Positions 10,519 to 19,124 are shown, numbered from the stretch's first letter. The stretch: 64,000 bases of DNA from Cenarchaeum sp. (GCA_965242695.1 CBDESU010000001.1:672001-736000), one strand, 5' to 3'. A program made the numbers and translations. Notes: generated by a model from the letters alone, not told the origin.

Positions 10519-10908
10519 GACACCGTGGGCCTATGCTCCCGCTATTAGCGATTTGCCCTGCACCGCAGGCGGAGCAGGCGCGGCAGGCAGGGGCGCCCGC
10601 CGCCCGCGCAGCCGCCGCGTGCCGGATATGTGCCGGACTGCATGCCGGCCCGCGCGGCCTCCGATCGCACTCGGGCCTTGCGGCCGTCCTGCGGCTGGCT
10701 ATCCGCGGGGATTAGGAGGGCCGCTCGCCGCCGTTTCAGCCGCCGAGCAGGTCGATGAGCGGCCCGCCCGTCAGCTGCACCCTGATGTGCCCGAACTTGT
10801 CGTCGTTGCCCTCGATGTCGGCGAACGCCGCATCAGACGTGATGATCACGGAGGCGCCCGCGTCCTCGGCGAATGCGTAGTGTACCAGGTCGTATCTATG
10901 AGCTACCC

Positions 10909-10916
10909 TTTATAAA
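10909..10916 (-). promoter_or_regulatory. TATA box TTTATAAA near right end of IS110 A (putative circle-junction promoter)
   Basis: After circularisation it would start 29 nt upstream of the transposase GTG (12814). Confidence 0.5.
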
Positions 10917-11013
10917 GAAAACCGGCCCCGGCCGCCCCTAGGCGTGGTTTTTCACGCATCCGGGCAGAGCCTCCCCTAGGGTGTCGTGTCCCTCTCGGCG
11001 TCCAATGCGGTAT

Positions 11014-11140
11014 ATGGATCGGACATTTATCTATCCGGGGACGAACCCCACTACCGTCTTCATCCATTTGCCAGGGTCACGGCATTTACACACACGGGGA
11101 CTAACCCCATACAGGCACTCGCCGACGAGACCCTGACCAT
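11014..11140 (-). ncRNA. Putative bridge RNA of IS110 element A
   Basis: Two similar stem/internal-loop/GGGG-N5-CCCC hairpin modules. Loops match the target (11110-18 is the reverse complement of 7759-67) and the element end (11028-34 equals 10893-99). Confidence 0.7.
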
Positions 11141-11146
11141 GATGCA

Positions 11147-12814
11147 TCACGCTGCCCTCGCGGGCGCAGATGCGGCCGCGGCCTTGCGCCGGCAGCCCTT
11201 GAACTGCGCACTCCCCTCCGCCATGCAGTTGACAAAGGTGAGGTTCTTCTTGAGCATCCAAAAGACGATGCGGAGCAGCTTGTTCACCGCCGCTATCATG
11301 GCCTTCTTTGCGGGCATCCTCTCGCACAGCCTCTCGTAGTACCTCGTGATGTCCGAGTCGACGTGCCCGACGTGCACAAGCACGGCCTCGCACAGTATCC
11401 ACCTGACGATCTTGCTTCCCGTCTTGGTTATGCGCCCGTGCTTTACAATGTCGGCAGAGCTCCTGTCCGACGGGACCAGCCCAAAGTACGGCGCCAGGGC
11501 GTACGGGCTGCTAAACCGCTCTATGGGGCCTATCCATGCCGCCAGGGCAAGCGCGATGAAGTTGCCAAAGCCCGGAAAGGACAAGAGTAGCTGCGCGGCG
11601 GGGTTGGCCGCCACCATGTCCCTTATCCGCAGGTCGGTCTTTATCACCTGGTCGTCGATGCCCGAGATCATGTCCAGGCACTGGTTGATCCTCCACTCGC
11701 CGAGCCTGCGGAGGTTCGAGACGAACGTGTCCGACCACTTTGCCCCCTCGACCTTGATGGCCTTTTGCAGAAGGATGGCCTGGATGAACACCTTGTACTT
11801 TGCCCTCGCCCGCGTCAGGCGGGCCCTGTGCGACGTGGCCTCCCTCTCCTTCACCGTCTTGTCGTCTGGGACGTAGCACGGGGGGATGCTCTTTATGCGC
11901 AGCAACTCGGCAAGATTCCTGGCATCGACCCTGTCGTTCTTGTTCTTGGACTTGGCGATCAGCGCAGTCTGCAGCGGGTTTGACAGGATCATGTCGAATC
12001 CCATCGCCTCTATGAACCGGTAGACCGCGTACCACACCGACGACGACTCGACAACGCACCTGGTCCTGTCGGGCGGCAGCCCCGCGAAGTACGACCTGAT
12101 GGCATCGAAGCTGTTGATGATTTTGGCCTCCTCTACGATCGTCCCAGCCTCGTCGGATACGGCGATCTGCAGCGTGCGCTTGTGCAGGTCTACCCCCACG
12201 TAGAACATTCCCTCCGACACAGCCGTTCTCTCCATTTCAGCGACCTCCTTTGCCGTCAGGGCCCTGGTGCTTTTCCTGGCCGCTGCCCGCGCCCTTTCCC
12301 CCTTTGCCACAATCCTTTTCTTCATGCCACTGACATTCCGTGACGCCGCGGAACTGCCGCCCCTCTTGGGCTTGGCCGAGGGCCGAGGCTTGGGCTTGGC
12401 CGCTGCCCGCGCCCTTTCCCCCTTTGCCACAATCCTTTTCTTCATGCCACTGACATTCCGTGACGCCGCGGAACTGCCGCCCCTCTTGGGCTTGGCCGAG
12501 GGCCGAGGCTTGGGCTTGGCCGCTGCCCGCGCCCTTTCCCCCTTTGCCACAATCCTTTTCTTCATGCCACTGACATTCCGTGACGCCGCGGAACTGCCGC
12601 CCCTCTTGGGCTTGGCCGAGGGCCGAGGCTTGGGCTTGGCCGAGGGCCGAGGCTTGGGCTTGGCCGCTGCCCGCGGCCTTGCTTCCGTACCTGTGCGTCG
12701 TTGCACGGCCGCGCCCTCGCGGGGGGCCATGTGTATCTTTGCGACGTCGGCCTCGCCGTTCCCAGCGCCCGACTTGGCACGCCCACCGTCTGAATTGCGT
12801 TTCTGGCCCCTCAC
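11147..12814 (-). CDS. IS110-family transposase/recombinase with Lys/Arg/Ala/Pro-rich repeat N-terminal extension
   Basis: YVGVDLHK, VVES, KNDRVDA (DEDD), LLSFPGFG, YFGLVPSDRSS, GRITKTGS. Alternative start ATG near 12235. Confidence 0.9.
   Translation of the reverse strand: MRGQKRNSDGGRAKSGAGNGEADVAKIHMAPREGAAVQRRTGTEARPRAAAKPKPRPSAKPKPRPSAKPKRGGSSAASRNVSGMKKRIVAKGERARAAAKPKPRPSAKPKRGGSSAASRNVSGMKKRIVAKGERARAAAKPKPRPSAKPKRGGSSAASRNVSGMKKRIVAKGERARAAARKSTRALTAKEVAEMERTAVSEGMFYVGVDLHKRTLQIAVSDEAGTIVEEAKIINSFDAIRSYFAGLPPDRTRCVVESSSVWYAVYRFIEAMGFDMILSNPLQTALIAKSKNKNDRVDARNLAELLRIKSIPPCYVPDDKTVKEREATSHRARLTRARAKYKVFIQAILLQKAIKVEGAKWSDTFVSNLRRLGEWRINQCLDMISGIDDQVIKTDLRIRDMVAANPAAQLLLSFPGFGNFIALALAAWIGPIERFSSPYALAPYFGLVPSDRSSADIVKHGRITKTGSKIVRWILCEAVLVHVGHVDSDITRYYERLCERMPAKKAMIAAVNKLLRIVFWMLKKNLTFVNCMAEGSAQFKGCRRKAAAASAPARAA
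12277..12675. repeat. 3 x exact 120-bp repeat plus extra 24-bp subrepeat in the IS110 A 5' region
   Basis: Lines 12301/12421/12541 are identical. In frame it encodes AAAKPKPRPSAKPKRGGSSAASRNVSGMKKRIVAKGERAR. Confidence 0.95.
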
Positions 12815-13227
12815 ACGGTTACATCCTGCCGCCGTCGTCCACCGCGCACCCCTTGTGATCTAGCGCATTGTCGCACATGCCTGCAAAGTCGAGTGGCAGT
12901 CTTTTTTGCTTCATAATCTTTAGTATGCCCTGCTTGGACATGTCATCTGCAACCTTGAACATATGGTAAACGGCTGCATCTGCGCTAGCATCCACGGCCG
13001 CCCGCTCCTCTTCGCTCCCCGACCGGCGCTTGTGCGATGTTGTGACTTTCTTGCGGACTGCGCCGATCGCCTCCAACATGACAGGATGCGATATGACCAG
13101 GTCGCATCCAGTACGCACAGCCGCATCGAACACCCTGATCGCATCGTCGTGGTGCATGTCCTAGGCGATCGTCGCCGCCATGAAGGAGCTGGTGTCGACA
13201 TAGCCGATAATGTCGCCCACCGCGACG

Positions 13228-13974
13228 TCACTTGCCGCTGCCAATCTTGACCATCTCGTACCCTTCGGGGGGCCACTTCCCTCTCTCCATGGCTACCATG
13301 TCGGCCGCCGACAGCCCGCCCCTAAATTCCTCAAATACCTCGTCAAGGCACTTCACCCCTGGAGGAAATATCGGGTCCTCGCCGGCGGCCACGTGATGCG
13401 CGCGTATCTCTTCAATGTCCTCCCTGACGACGTCCCTGCAGACTTTGCCCTTGTACAATGTGTCAAACTTGCGCAGGCCCGATCCGGGCGGATCTGCCGC
13501 CCTCAGCCTCGCGCGCCTTGCGTCGGCCTCTGACCTGAGCACGGCAATCTTCCTCCCAAGCTCCTCCAGGCCGCCGACCGGCTCGTCGTCCCCGCCGCCC
13601 CTGTACGACACGGCCGTGTCGTACAGGGCGGCCCTCATCTCCCTGTAGGCAACGGTGGTCTGGTGCAGCGCCCCGTCCTCGACCGGCCTGTCCACGATGT
13701 CGGCCGCGTCGGCAAAGATGCCTGACAGGAGGGACGACATCCTCACGCCCGCGTGGTATCCGGACCTCGACGACACCTCCCCCATCCGGGCGGCGATCCT
13801 GCCGCACTTTTCCATGTCTAGCAGTTCTGCAGGATCGATGAGCGACACGAACAGCTCCCTGAACTCGGCCCTGCCGTCAGTTGTCGCCTTTGAAGCTGTT
13901 CCTGCGCCGACCCTGCGGCGCCCGCGGCGGGCCGCCACCTTGACCTTCTGCTTCTGTCCCTGAGCCACCTGCAC
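13228..13974 (-). CDS. Uncharacterised partner protein, cassette 3
   Basis: Paralog of 8195..8941, most diverged at the C-terminus. Confidence 0.7.
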   Translation of the reverse strand: MQVAQGQKQKVKVAARRGRRRVGAGTASKATTDGRAEFRELFVSLIDPAELLDMEKCGRIAARMGEVSSRSGYHAGVRMSSLLSGIFADAADIVDRPVEDGALHQTTVAYREMRAALYDTAVSYRGGGDDEPVGGLEELGRKIAVLRSEADARRARLRAADPPGSGLRKFDTLYKGKVCRDVVREDIEEIRAHHVAAGEDPIFPPGVKCLDEVFEEFRGGLSAADMVAMERGKWPPEGYEMVKIGSGK

Positions 13975-14176
13975 GATTCCGGGGCCATACGCACCCGCTA
14001 TTAGCGATTTGCCCTGCGCCGCTGGCGGCGCGGGCCGGCCGGCAGGGGCCAGCTGCCCGCGCAGCCGCCGCATGCCGGATATGTGCCGAACTGCATGCCG
14101 GCCCGCGCGGCCTGCCAACCGCACTCGGGCCTTGCGGGGCGCTTGCGGCCGCCCTGAGGCTGGCCATCCGCGGGGA

Positions 14177-14824
14177 TTAGGAGGGCTGTTCTCCGCCACC
14201 GTCCCCGCCGAGCAGGTCGATGAGCGGCCCGCCCGTCAGCTGCACCCTGATGTGCCCAAATTCGTTGTCGTTGCCCTCGATGTCGGCGAACGCCGCGTCC
14301 GACGTGATGATCACGGAGGCGCCCGCGCCCTCGGCAGACGCGTAGTGGATCAGGTCGAACGGCCCGATCCCCCTGTGCCTGCACGCTCGGTTATCGGCGA
14401 CGTACACCGCGTGACCGCTGTGCACAAGAGCCTTGCCGCACAGCCCGAAATAGTCGTGCGGCTTTTCGACCGCCACGATCTTTAGAACGCCCCGACGGAC
14501 CATGTCGTATATGATTTTGATCGCGCGGGCGACGGCAGCATCGGCGCTCGCCTCCACGCCCGCACGCTCCTCCTCGCTCCCCGACTGGCGCTTGTGCGAC
14601 GTTATGACCTTCTTGCGGACGGCCCCGATCAACTCCAGTATGACGGCGTGCGTGGTGATCAGGCGGCAGCCGCTGCGCACCGCCGCATCTAGCACCCTGA
14701 CCGCATCGGCATGGTGGATGTCCTCCAACACCGACACGGCCACAAACGCGCTGGTCTCGCCAAAGACGTCGATGGCGACAAGTGCATCGATGTCGACCTC
14801 AATATCGTCACTTGGCGTCGTCAA
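14177..14824 (-). CDS. PIN-domain protein, cassette 4
   Basis: Paralog, closest to cassette 2. Confidence 0.8.
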   Translation of the reverse strand: MTTPSDDIEVDIDALVAIDVFGETSAFVAVSVLEDIHHADAVRVLDAAVRSGCRLITTHAVILELIGAVRKKVITSHKRQSGSEEERAGVEASADAAVARAIKIIYDMVRRGVLKIVAVEKPHDYFGLCGKALVHSGHAVYVADNRACRHRGIGPFDLIHYASAEGAGASVIITSDAAFADIEGNDNEFGHIRVQLTGGPLIDLLGGDGGGEQPS

Positions 14825-15548
14825 TCTTCACCAACTCGTACCCGTCCGGGGGACAGTTGCCCCTCATCATGGACACCGTCTCGGCGGACGACAGCCCAGG
14901 CCCGAGCTCCCCGAACAGATCGTCGATGCACTTTGGCTCGGGTGGAAATATTGGATCCTCGCCGGCGGCCTTAAACCACGCGCGCACTTCTTCAATGTCT
15001 TCCCTTGCGACATCCCTGCAGATTCTGCCCTTGTACCACGTGTCGATCTTTGGCAGGCCCGATCCGGGCGGGTCGGCCGCCCTCAATCTCGCCCGCAGCG
15101 CGTCCGCCTTGGCCCTGATCGCGGCGATTTTTCCCCTCAGCTTCTCCAAGTCGCCGACCGGCTCGCCGTCCCCGCCGCCCCTGTACGACACGGCCGTGCC
15201 ATACAGGACTGCCATCGCCTCCCTGTACGCAACGGTGGTGAGGTGCAGCGCCCCGTCCTCTACCGGCCTGCCCACAATGTCGGCCGCATCTGCAAAGATG
15301 TCTGCCAGGAGGGATGCCATCCTCACGCCCATATGGTATCCGGACCTCGACGACACCTCCCCCATCCGGGCGGCGATCCTGCCGCACTTTTCCATGTCGT
15401 GCAGGCCGAGCGGATCGATGAGCGACACGAACATCTCCCTGAACTCGGACTTGCTGTCGACCGTCGCCACCGCACCTGCGCCGCTTCTGCGGCGCCCTTG
15501 ACCAGCCGTTCTTGCCACCTTCTGCCTCTGCCCACGCGCTGCCTGCAC
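14808..15548 (-). CDS. Uncharacterised partner protein, cassette 4
   Basis: Paralog, closest to cassette 2. Confidence 0.7.
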   Translation of the reverse strand: MQAARGQRQKVARTAGQGRRRSGAGAVATVDSKSEFREMFVSLIDPLGLHDMEKCGRIAARMGEVSSRSGYHMGVRMASLLADIFADAADIVGRPVEDGALHLTTVAYREAMAVLYGTAVSYRGGGDGEPVGDLEKLRGKIAAIRAKADALRARLRAADPPGSGLPKIDTWYKGRICRDVAREDIEEVRAWFKAAGEDPIFPPEPKCIDDLFGELGPGLSSAETVSMMRGNCPPDGYELVKIDDAK

Positions 15549-15873
15549 GACACCGTGGGCCTATGCTCCCGCTATTAGCGATTTGCCCTGCGCCGCAGGC
15601 GGCAAAGGCGCGGCAGGCAGGGCCGCCCGCCGCCCGCGCCGCGCCGCCGCATGCCGCGCCCCGCACTGCGCAATCCCTCCGCCGCGCCCCGCACGGGCGC
15701 ATGCGGGCGCCGGACGGCCCCCGTCGGCGCCGCCCATATCCCCTGCGCGGGACCCGGCGCGGCGGCCGGCATGCGGGGGCCCAGCCGCCCGCAGGGGCGC
15801 GGAACGCGCCCGCGCCGCCCCCGATCCGTTTATCAGTGGGCGCCCCGCCCCGCCCGCCGGGCGGCGGCGCGCG

Positions 15874-16830
15874 ATGGAGATCATGGGGAGGGGCATACGG
15901 CAGATACTCGCCGAGTCGCCCCTGTACTTCCGCATCGGGACAAAGTTCGCCGCGTACCGCCTGCTCAACCGCCGCAGCCCCCTGTACGGCTCGGCCGACA
16001 TCATCAACGTGTGCAACCTCCACTGCGAGCACTGCTACTGGTGGCTCAACCGCAAGGAGGGCGAGGAGCTGACGGTCGAGCAGTGGAAGGAGGTGATCGA
16101 CGAAAAGTTCAAGAAGAACCACGTGTTCATCGTGACCGTCGTCGGCGGCGAGCCGATGATGCGCCCCGACGTCGTCGAGCTGTTCGTGCGCGAGTTCCCG
16201 AAGCGGGCGTGCGTCGTGACGAACGGGACGCACCCCATACCGCGCCTAAAGGACATCTACTTCTACTGGGTGTCCATCGACGGGTCCGAGGAGGTGCACG
16301 ACCGCATACGCGGCAAGGGGGCGTGGGCCAAGACGCGCCGCAACGTGCTGGACTACGTCGAGGGGGGAGGGCCGGGCGCGCGCAAGGACATCTGGATTAC
16401 GATGACGATAAACTCGCTCAACTACGGGACGATCGGCCGCGTGATCGACGACTGGCGCGCGCACTCGAACAAGATTGGCTTCCAGTTCCACACGCCGTTC
16501 GCAAAGGGCGACCCGCTGTGGCTGCCGTTCGGCGCCGAGCGCGACGCCGTGATCGACGAGCTCGTCGGCATGCGCACGGGCAGGCACCGCGACTACATCG
16601 TAAACCCCGTAAAGCAGCTAGAGGTGATGCGGCGCAGCTGGGGCGGCAAGGGGACGACGCCGGTCGACTGCCCGACGTGGGCCATCGTGTCCGTCGACCA
16701 CATGGGCCGCGAAAAGGCGCCGTGCTGCATCGGCAGCGCCGAGGGGTCGGGCGGAACGATGAAGCCGCGGTGCGAAGAGTGCGGGCTCGGCTGCTACTCG
16801 GTCCTGCTCGGGTACGGCATGCGCGGCTAG
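15874..16830 (+). CDS. Radical SAM protein with Cys-rich C-terminus
   Basis: CNLHCEHC (CxxxCxxC), GGEP, VTNG, VSIDG. Confidence 0.9.
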   Translation: MEIMGRGIRQILAESPLYFRIGTKFAAYRLLNRRSPLYGSADIINVCNLHCEHCYWWLNRKEGEELTVEQWKEVIDEKFKKNHVFIVTVVGGEPMMRPDVVELFVREFPKRACVVTNGTHPIPRLKDIYFYWVSIDGSEEVHDRIRGKGAWAKTRRNVLDYVEGGGPGARKDIWITMTINSLNYGTIGRVIDDWRAHSNKIGFQFHTPFAKGDPLWLPFGAERDAVIDELVGMRTGRHRDYIVNPVKQLEVMRRSWGGKGTTPVDCPTWAIVSVDHMGREKAPCCIGSAEGSGGTMKPRCEECGLGCYSVLLGYGMRG

Positions 16831-17288
16831 CCTGCGTTTTCCCGGGCGGGCCGGACGGGCAGCGTCCGGCCGGGCCGCGCAAAGAGCCCCGCCGACCTGG
16901 ATATTGCCGACGACGGGCCGCCGCGGCAGCCGCAGGCCGGCGCGGATCCCTGATCGCGGCTGTTATCGCCCGCACCGCAGCTGCGCGCCGGCCGGGCCAG
17001 CGCGCCGGCGTGCGGCCTGGAGCGGCACGACGCGACGGCCCTGGCCAGGGGCAGCAGGGCCGAGCGGCCGCCGTACGCGGCGGAATCCTCGAGGACCCAG
17101 AACATGTCGAGGGCCGCGTCCCCTCCGAGCGCGGCATCGCGCAGCCGCCTGCCGAGCTCGGTGTGGTGGCCGACAAGCGGTATGCGCCCGCCGGACAGCG
17201 ATCCGACGGCGGCCGCAAACGACGTGCACGGGCCGCAGAGGTCGTCGTAGACCACGAGCGGCGGCTCGGCGCCGGGGACGGCCCCCAT
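16827..17288 (-). CDS. DCC1/DUF393-like thiol-disulfide oxidoreductase
   Basis: VVYDDLCGPCTSF DxxCxxC motif. Confidence 0.65.
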   Translation of the reverse strand: MGAVPGAEPPLVVYDDLCGPCTSFAAAVGSLSGGRIPLVGHHTELGRRLRDAALGGDAALDMFWVLEDSAAYGGRSALLPLARAVASCRSRPHAGALARPARSCGAGDNSRDQGSAPACGCRGGPSSAISRSAGLFARPGRTLPVRPARENAG

Positions 17289-17373
17289 GCGGGACGTGCG
17301 CGAGCGCCCGTTAAGTGCGTTGCCGGCGCCGCCCCTACGATGATATACGCGCCCCGCGCGGCGCGCCGCAGCG

Positions 17374-17616
17374 ATGGGGCAGAAGCGAAAGGCGGCCATA
17401 CTGGCCGGCATTGCGGCTACGGCGGCACTCGTGGCCGCCGCGGCGGCCCTCGGGGGGTCGGCGCCGCCGCCGCTCGTGGACGACGTGGATGCCAAGCACG
17501 GCGCGATCGTCGACGTCGGAATAGCGCCCGACGACTCTCCGAACGCGAGCGACGCGTCCAGGGAGGTAAAGCACTACGTCGTAACCGTGTCGGACTCACC
17601 CGACCTGGATCCGTGA
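17374..17616 (+). CDS. Small secreted/membrane-anchored hypothetical protein
   Basis: Basic N-terminus plus hydrophobic helix, acidic body. ATATA upstream. Confidence 0.55.
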   Translation: MGQKRKAAILAGIAATAALVAAAAALGGSAPPPLVDDVDAKHGAIVDVGIAPDDSPNASDASREVKHYVVTVSDSPDLDP

Positions 17617-17849
17617 CGCGGCGGCCCGCGCCGGCCCGCCTGCGCGCCACGTCCCCTGCCGAGGGCCCCTCGGCGATGCCTCCTGCTCCGCCGCCTGCCG
17701 GGGCGGGCCCCGGCGCAAGGTGCGGCCCCTCCCTGCCGGCCCAAGCGCGATGCCTCCTCCGCCCCGGCCCTGGCCGCGCACCGCCCCCTCGCGAGGCGCC
17801 ATGCGGCGGCCGGCGCGCGGCCGAGGGAAAACAAGAGAGTCTGCTGGGG

Positions 17850-19124
17850 TTACTGCACGCGCAGTATTCCCTGCGATATGAGGTACTGCAGCGAGTTTAT
17901 GTACTCGGCATCCGACACCATTCCGTCGGCCCACCACCGGGCGGTCTGCTTTATCCACTCGGGGATGGCGGCCGCACCGCCGCCGCCGCCCTCCTGCTCG
18001 GGCGCGTCCCAGAGGACCTCGCCGTCGTACGTGGCCCTCTGCAGGCCGGCCTGGCCTATGGCCACGACCTTGTCCGAGAGGGGCACGTACAGGAGGTCGG
18101 GCGCGAACGCCTGCCCCTCGGTGAGCATCCAGTTGATCAGGTGCACTACGGCCTTTGCCTCTTCCCTCGAGTCGGCCACGCCGCTCATCTCCTCGTAGAG
18201 GAGCAGGTACGTGAACGTTGCCATCGGGTAAGAGTCGGGCCCCGGCGCGTTGACCATCGTGACCGCGCTCCAGTCGCCCTCGGCGGCCGGAAGGCCGCTG
18301 TCTGCGAGCCCGCCGGACGCGGCCGCGAGCGACTCGAGGGTCGGCTCGACGAACCCTGTGCCGTCGCCGTTCTCGACGTGGGCGTAGTTGATGCCGGACT
18401 TGAACGCGTACGCGAGCTCGATGTAGCCGATCGCATAGTCCGACGTCTTTACGACGCCGGCGACGCCCTCGTTGCCGGCGGCCCCGCGGCCGGCCGGCCA
18501 CTGCACGCTCTTGCCCTTGCCGACCTCTTCGTCAAAGCCGGCGCTGACCGTCGTGAGATAGTCGGTGAATACGAACGTCGTGCCCGACCCGTCCGAGCGG
18601 TACACCGTAGTGATGGCCCTGTCCGGCAGGTCTGTGCCGGGGTTGAGCTCCCGTATGCGCTCGTCGTCCCAGCGGTCGATCTTGCCGAGGAATATGTCGG
18701 CGATCACGCCGCCGGTGAGCCTCAGCCCGTTCTCGCGGAACTCGGGCAGGTTGTAGGCGACGACGACGCCGCCGATCGTCTCGGGGATGTGCAGCGTGCC
18801 GGGGGCCTGCTCGGCCTCGGACGCCTTGAGCGGCTTGTCCGAGGCGGCGAACGAGACCGTCCGTTCTATGTGCTGCTTGATGCCGCCGCCGCTGCCGATC
18901 GACTGGTAGTTGAGGTTTACGTTGTCGTAGAGGCTGTTGTACTCGACGCGCCACAGGTCGATCAGCGGGAACGGGAACGATGCCCCGGCCCCGTTGATCG
19001 CAAAGGTGGCGCCCGCGTCTGGCTCGTCGGGGGCGCCGGCGGACTGCGCGTGGGCCGCAGCGGGCGGCAGCGCGGCCAGCAGGGCCCCGACCAGGAGGAG
19101 GCTTGCCGTCTTTGTCCTTGTCAT
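17850..19124 (-). CDS. pstS: Phosphate ABC transporter substrate-binding protein
   Basis: GAGASFP, YQSIGSGGG, RSDGSGTT, GNEGVA, IGYIELAY. C-terminal IPEWIKQTARWW thaumarchaeal surface motif. Confidence 0.92.
   Translation of the reverse strand: MTRTKTASLLLVGALLAALPPAAAHAQSAGAPDEPDAGATFAINGAGASFPFPLIDLWRVEYNSLYDNVNLNYQSIGSGGGIKQHIERTVSFAASDKPLKASEAEQAPGTLHIPETIGGVVVAYNLPEFRENGLRLTGGVIADIFLGKIDRWDDERIRELNPGTDLPDRAITTVYRSDGSGTTFVFTDYLTTVSAGFDEEVGKGKSVQWPAGRGAAGNEGVAGVVKTSDYAIGYIELAYAFKSGINYAHVENGDGTGFVEPTLESLAAASGGLADSGLPAAEGDWSAVTMVNAPGPDSYPMATFTYLLLYEEMSGVADSREEAKAVVHLINWMLTEGQAFAPDLLYVPLSDKVVAIGQAGLQRATYDGEVLWDAPEQEGGGGGAAAIPEWIKQTARWWADGMVSDAEYINSLQYLISQGILRVQ

Larger units (their letters stand above)
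10895..12819 (-). mobile_element. IS110-family element A, flanked by TA core (10893-94 and 12820-21)
   Basis: Ends defined by alignment to intact PIN paralogs. Encodes a DEDD recombinase and has a 250-bp 3' non-coding end. Confidence 0.9.
10736..13244 (-). pseudogene. PIN-domain gene, cassette 3, with nonsense codon and IS110 insertion
   Basis: TTG 13244, YVDTSSFMAATIA then TAG (13161-13163). 5' part runs to 12820; 3' part YDLVHYAF...LLGG* lies at 10894..10736. Confidence 0.85.
7546..15620 (-). repeat. Tandem array of four ~1.6-kb two-gene cassettes (unknown protein + PIN domain)
   Basis: Near-identical coding and intergenic blocks recur at about 7.55, 9.15, 10.72 (IS-interrupted) and 14.18 kb. 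Confidence 0.95.

Noticed and set aside
12277-12675. 120-bp repeats as a CRISPR or TIGR-like guide array
   Set aside because: Units are identical with no variable spacers and keep a protein frame; the bridge-like RNA is at the other end.
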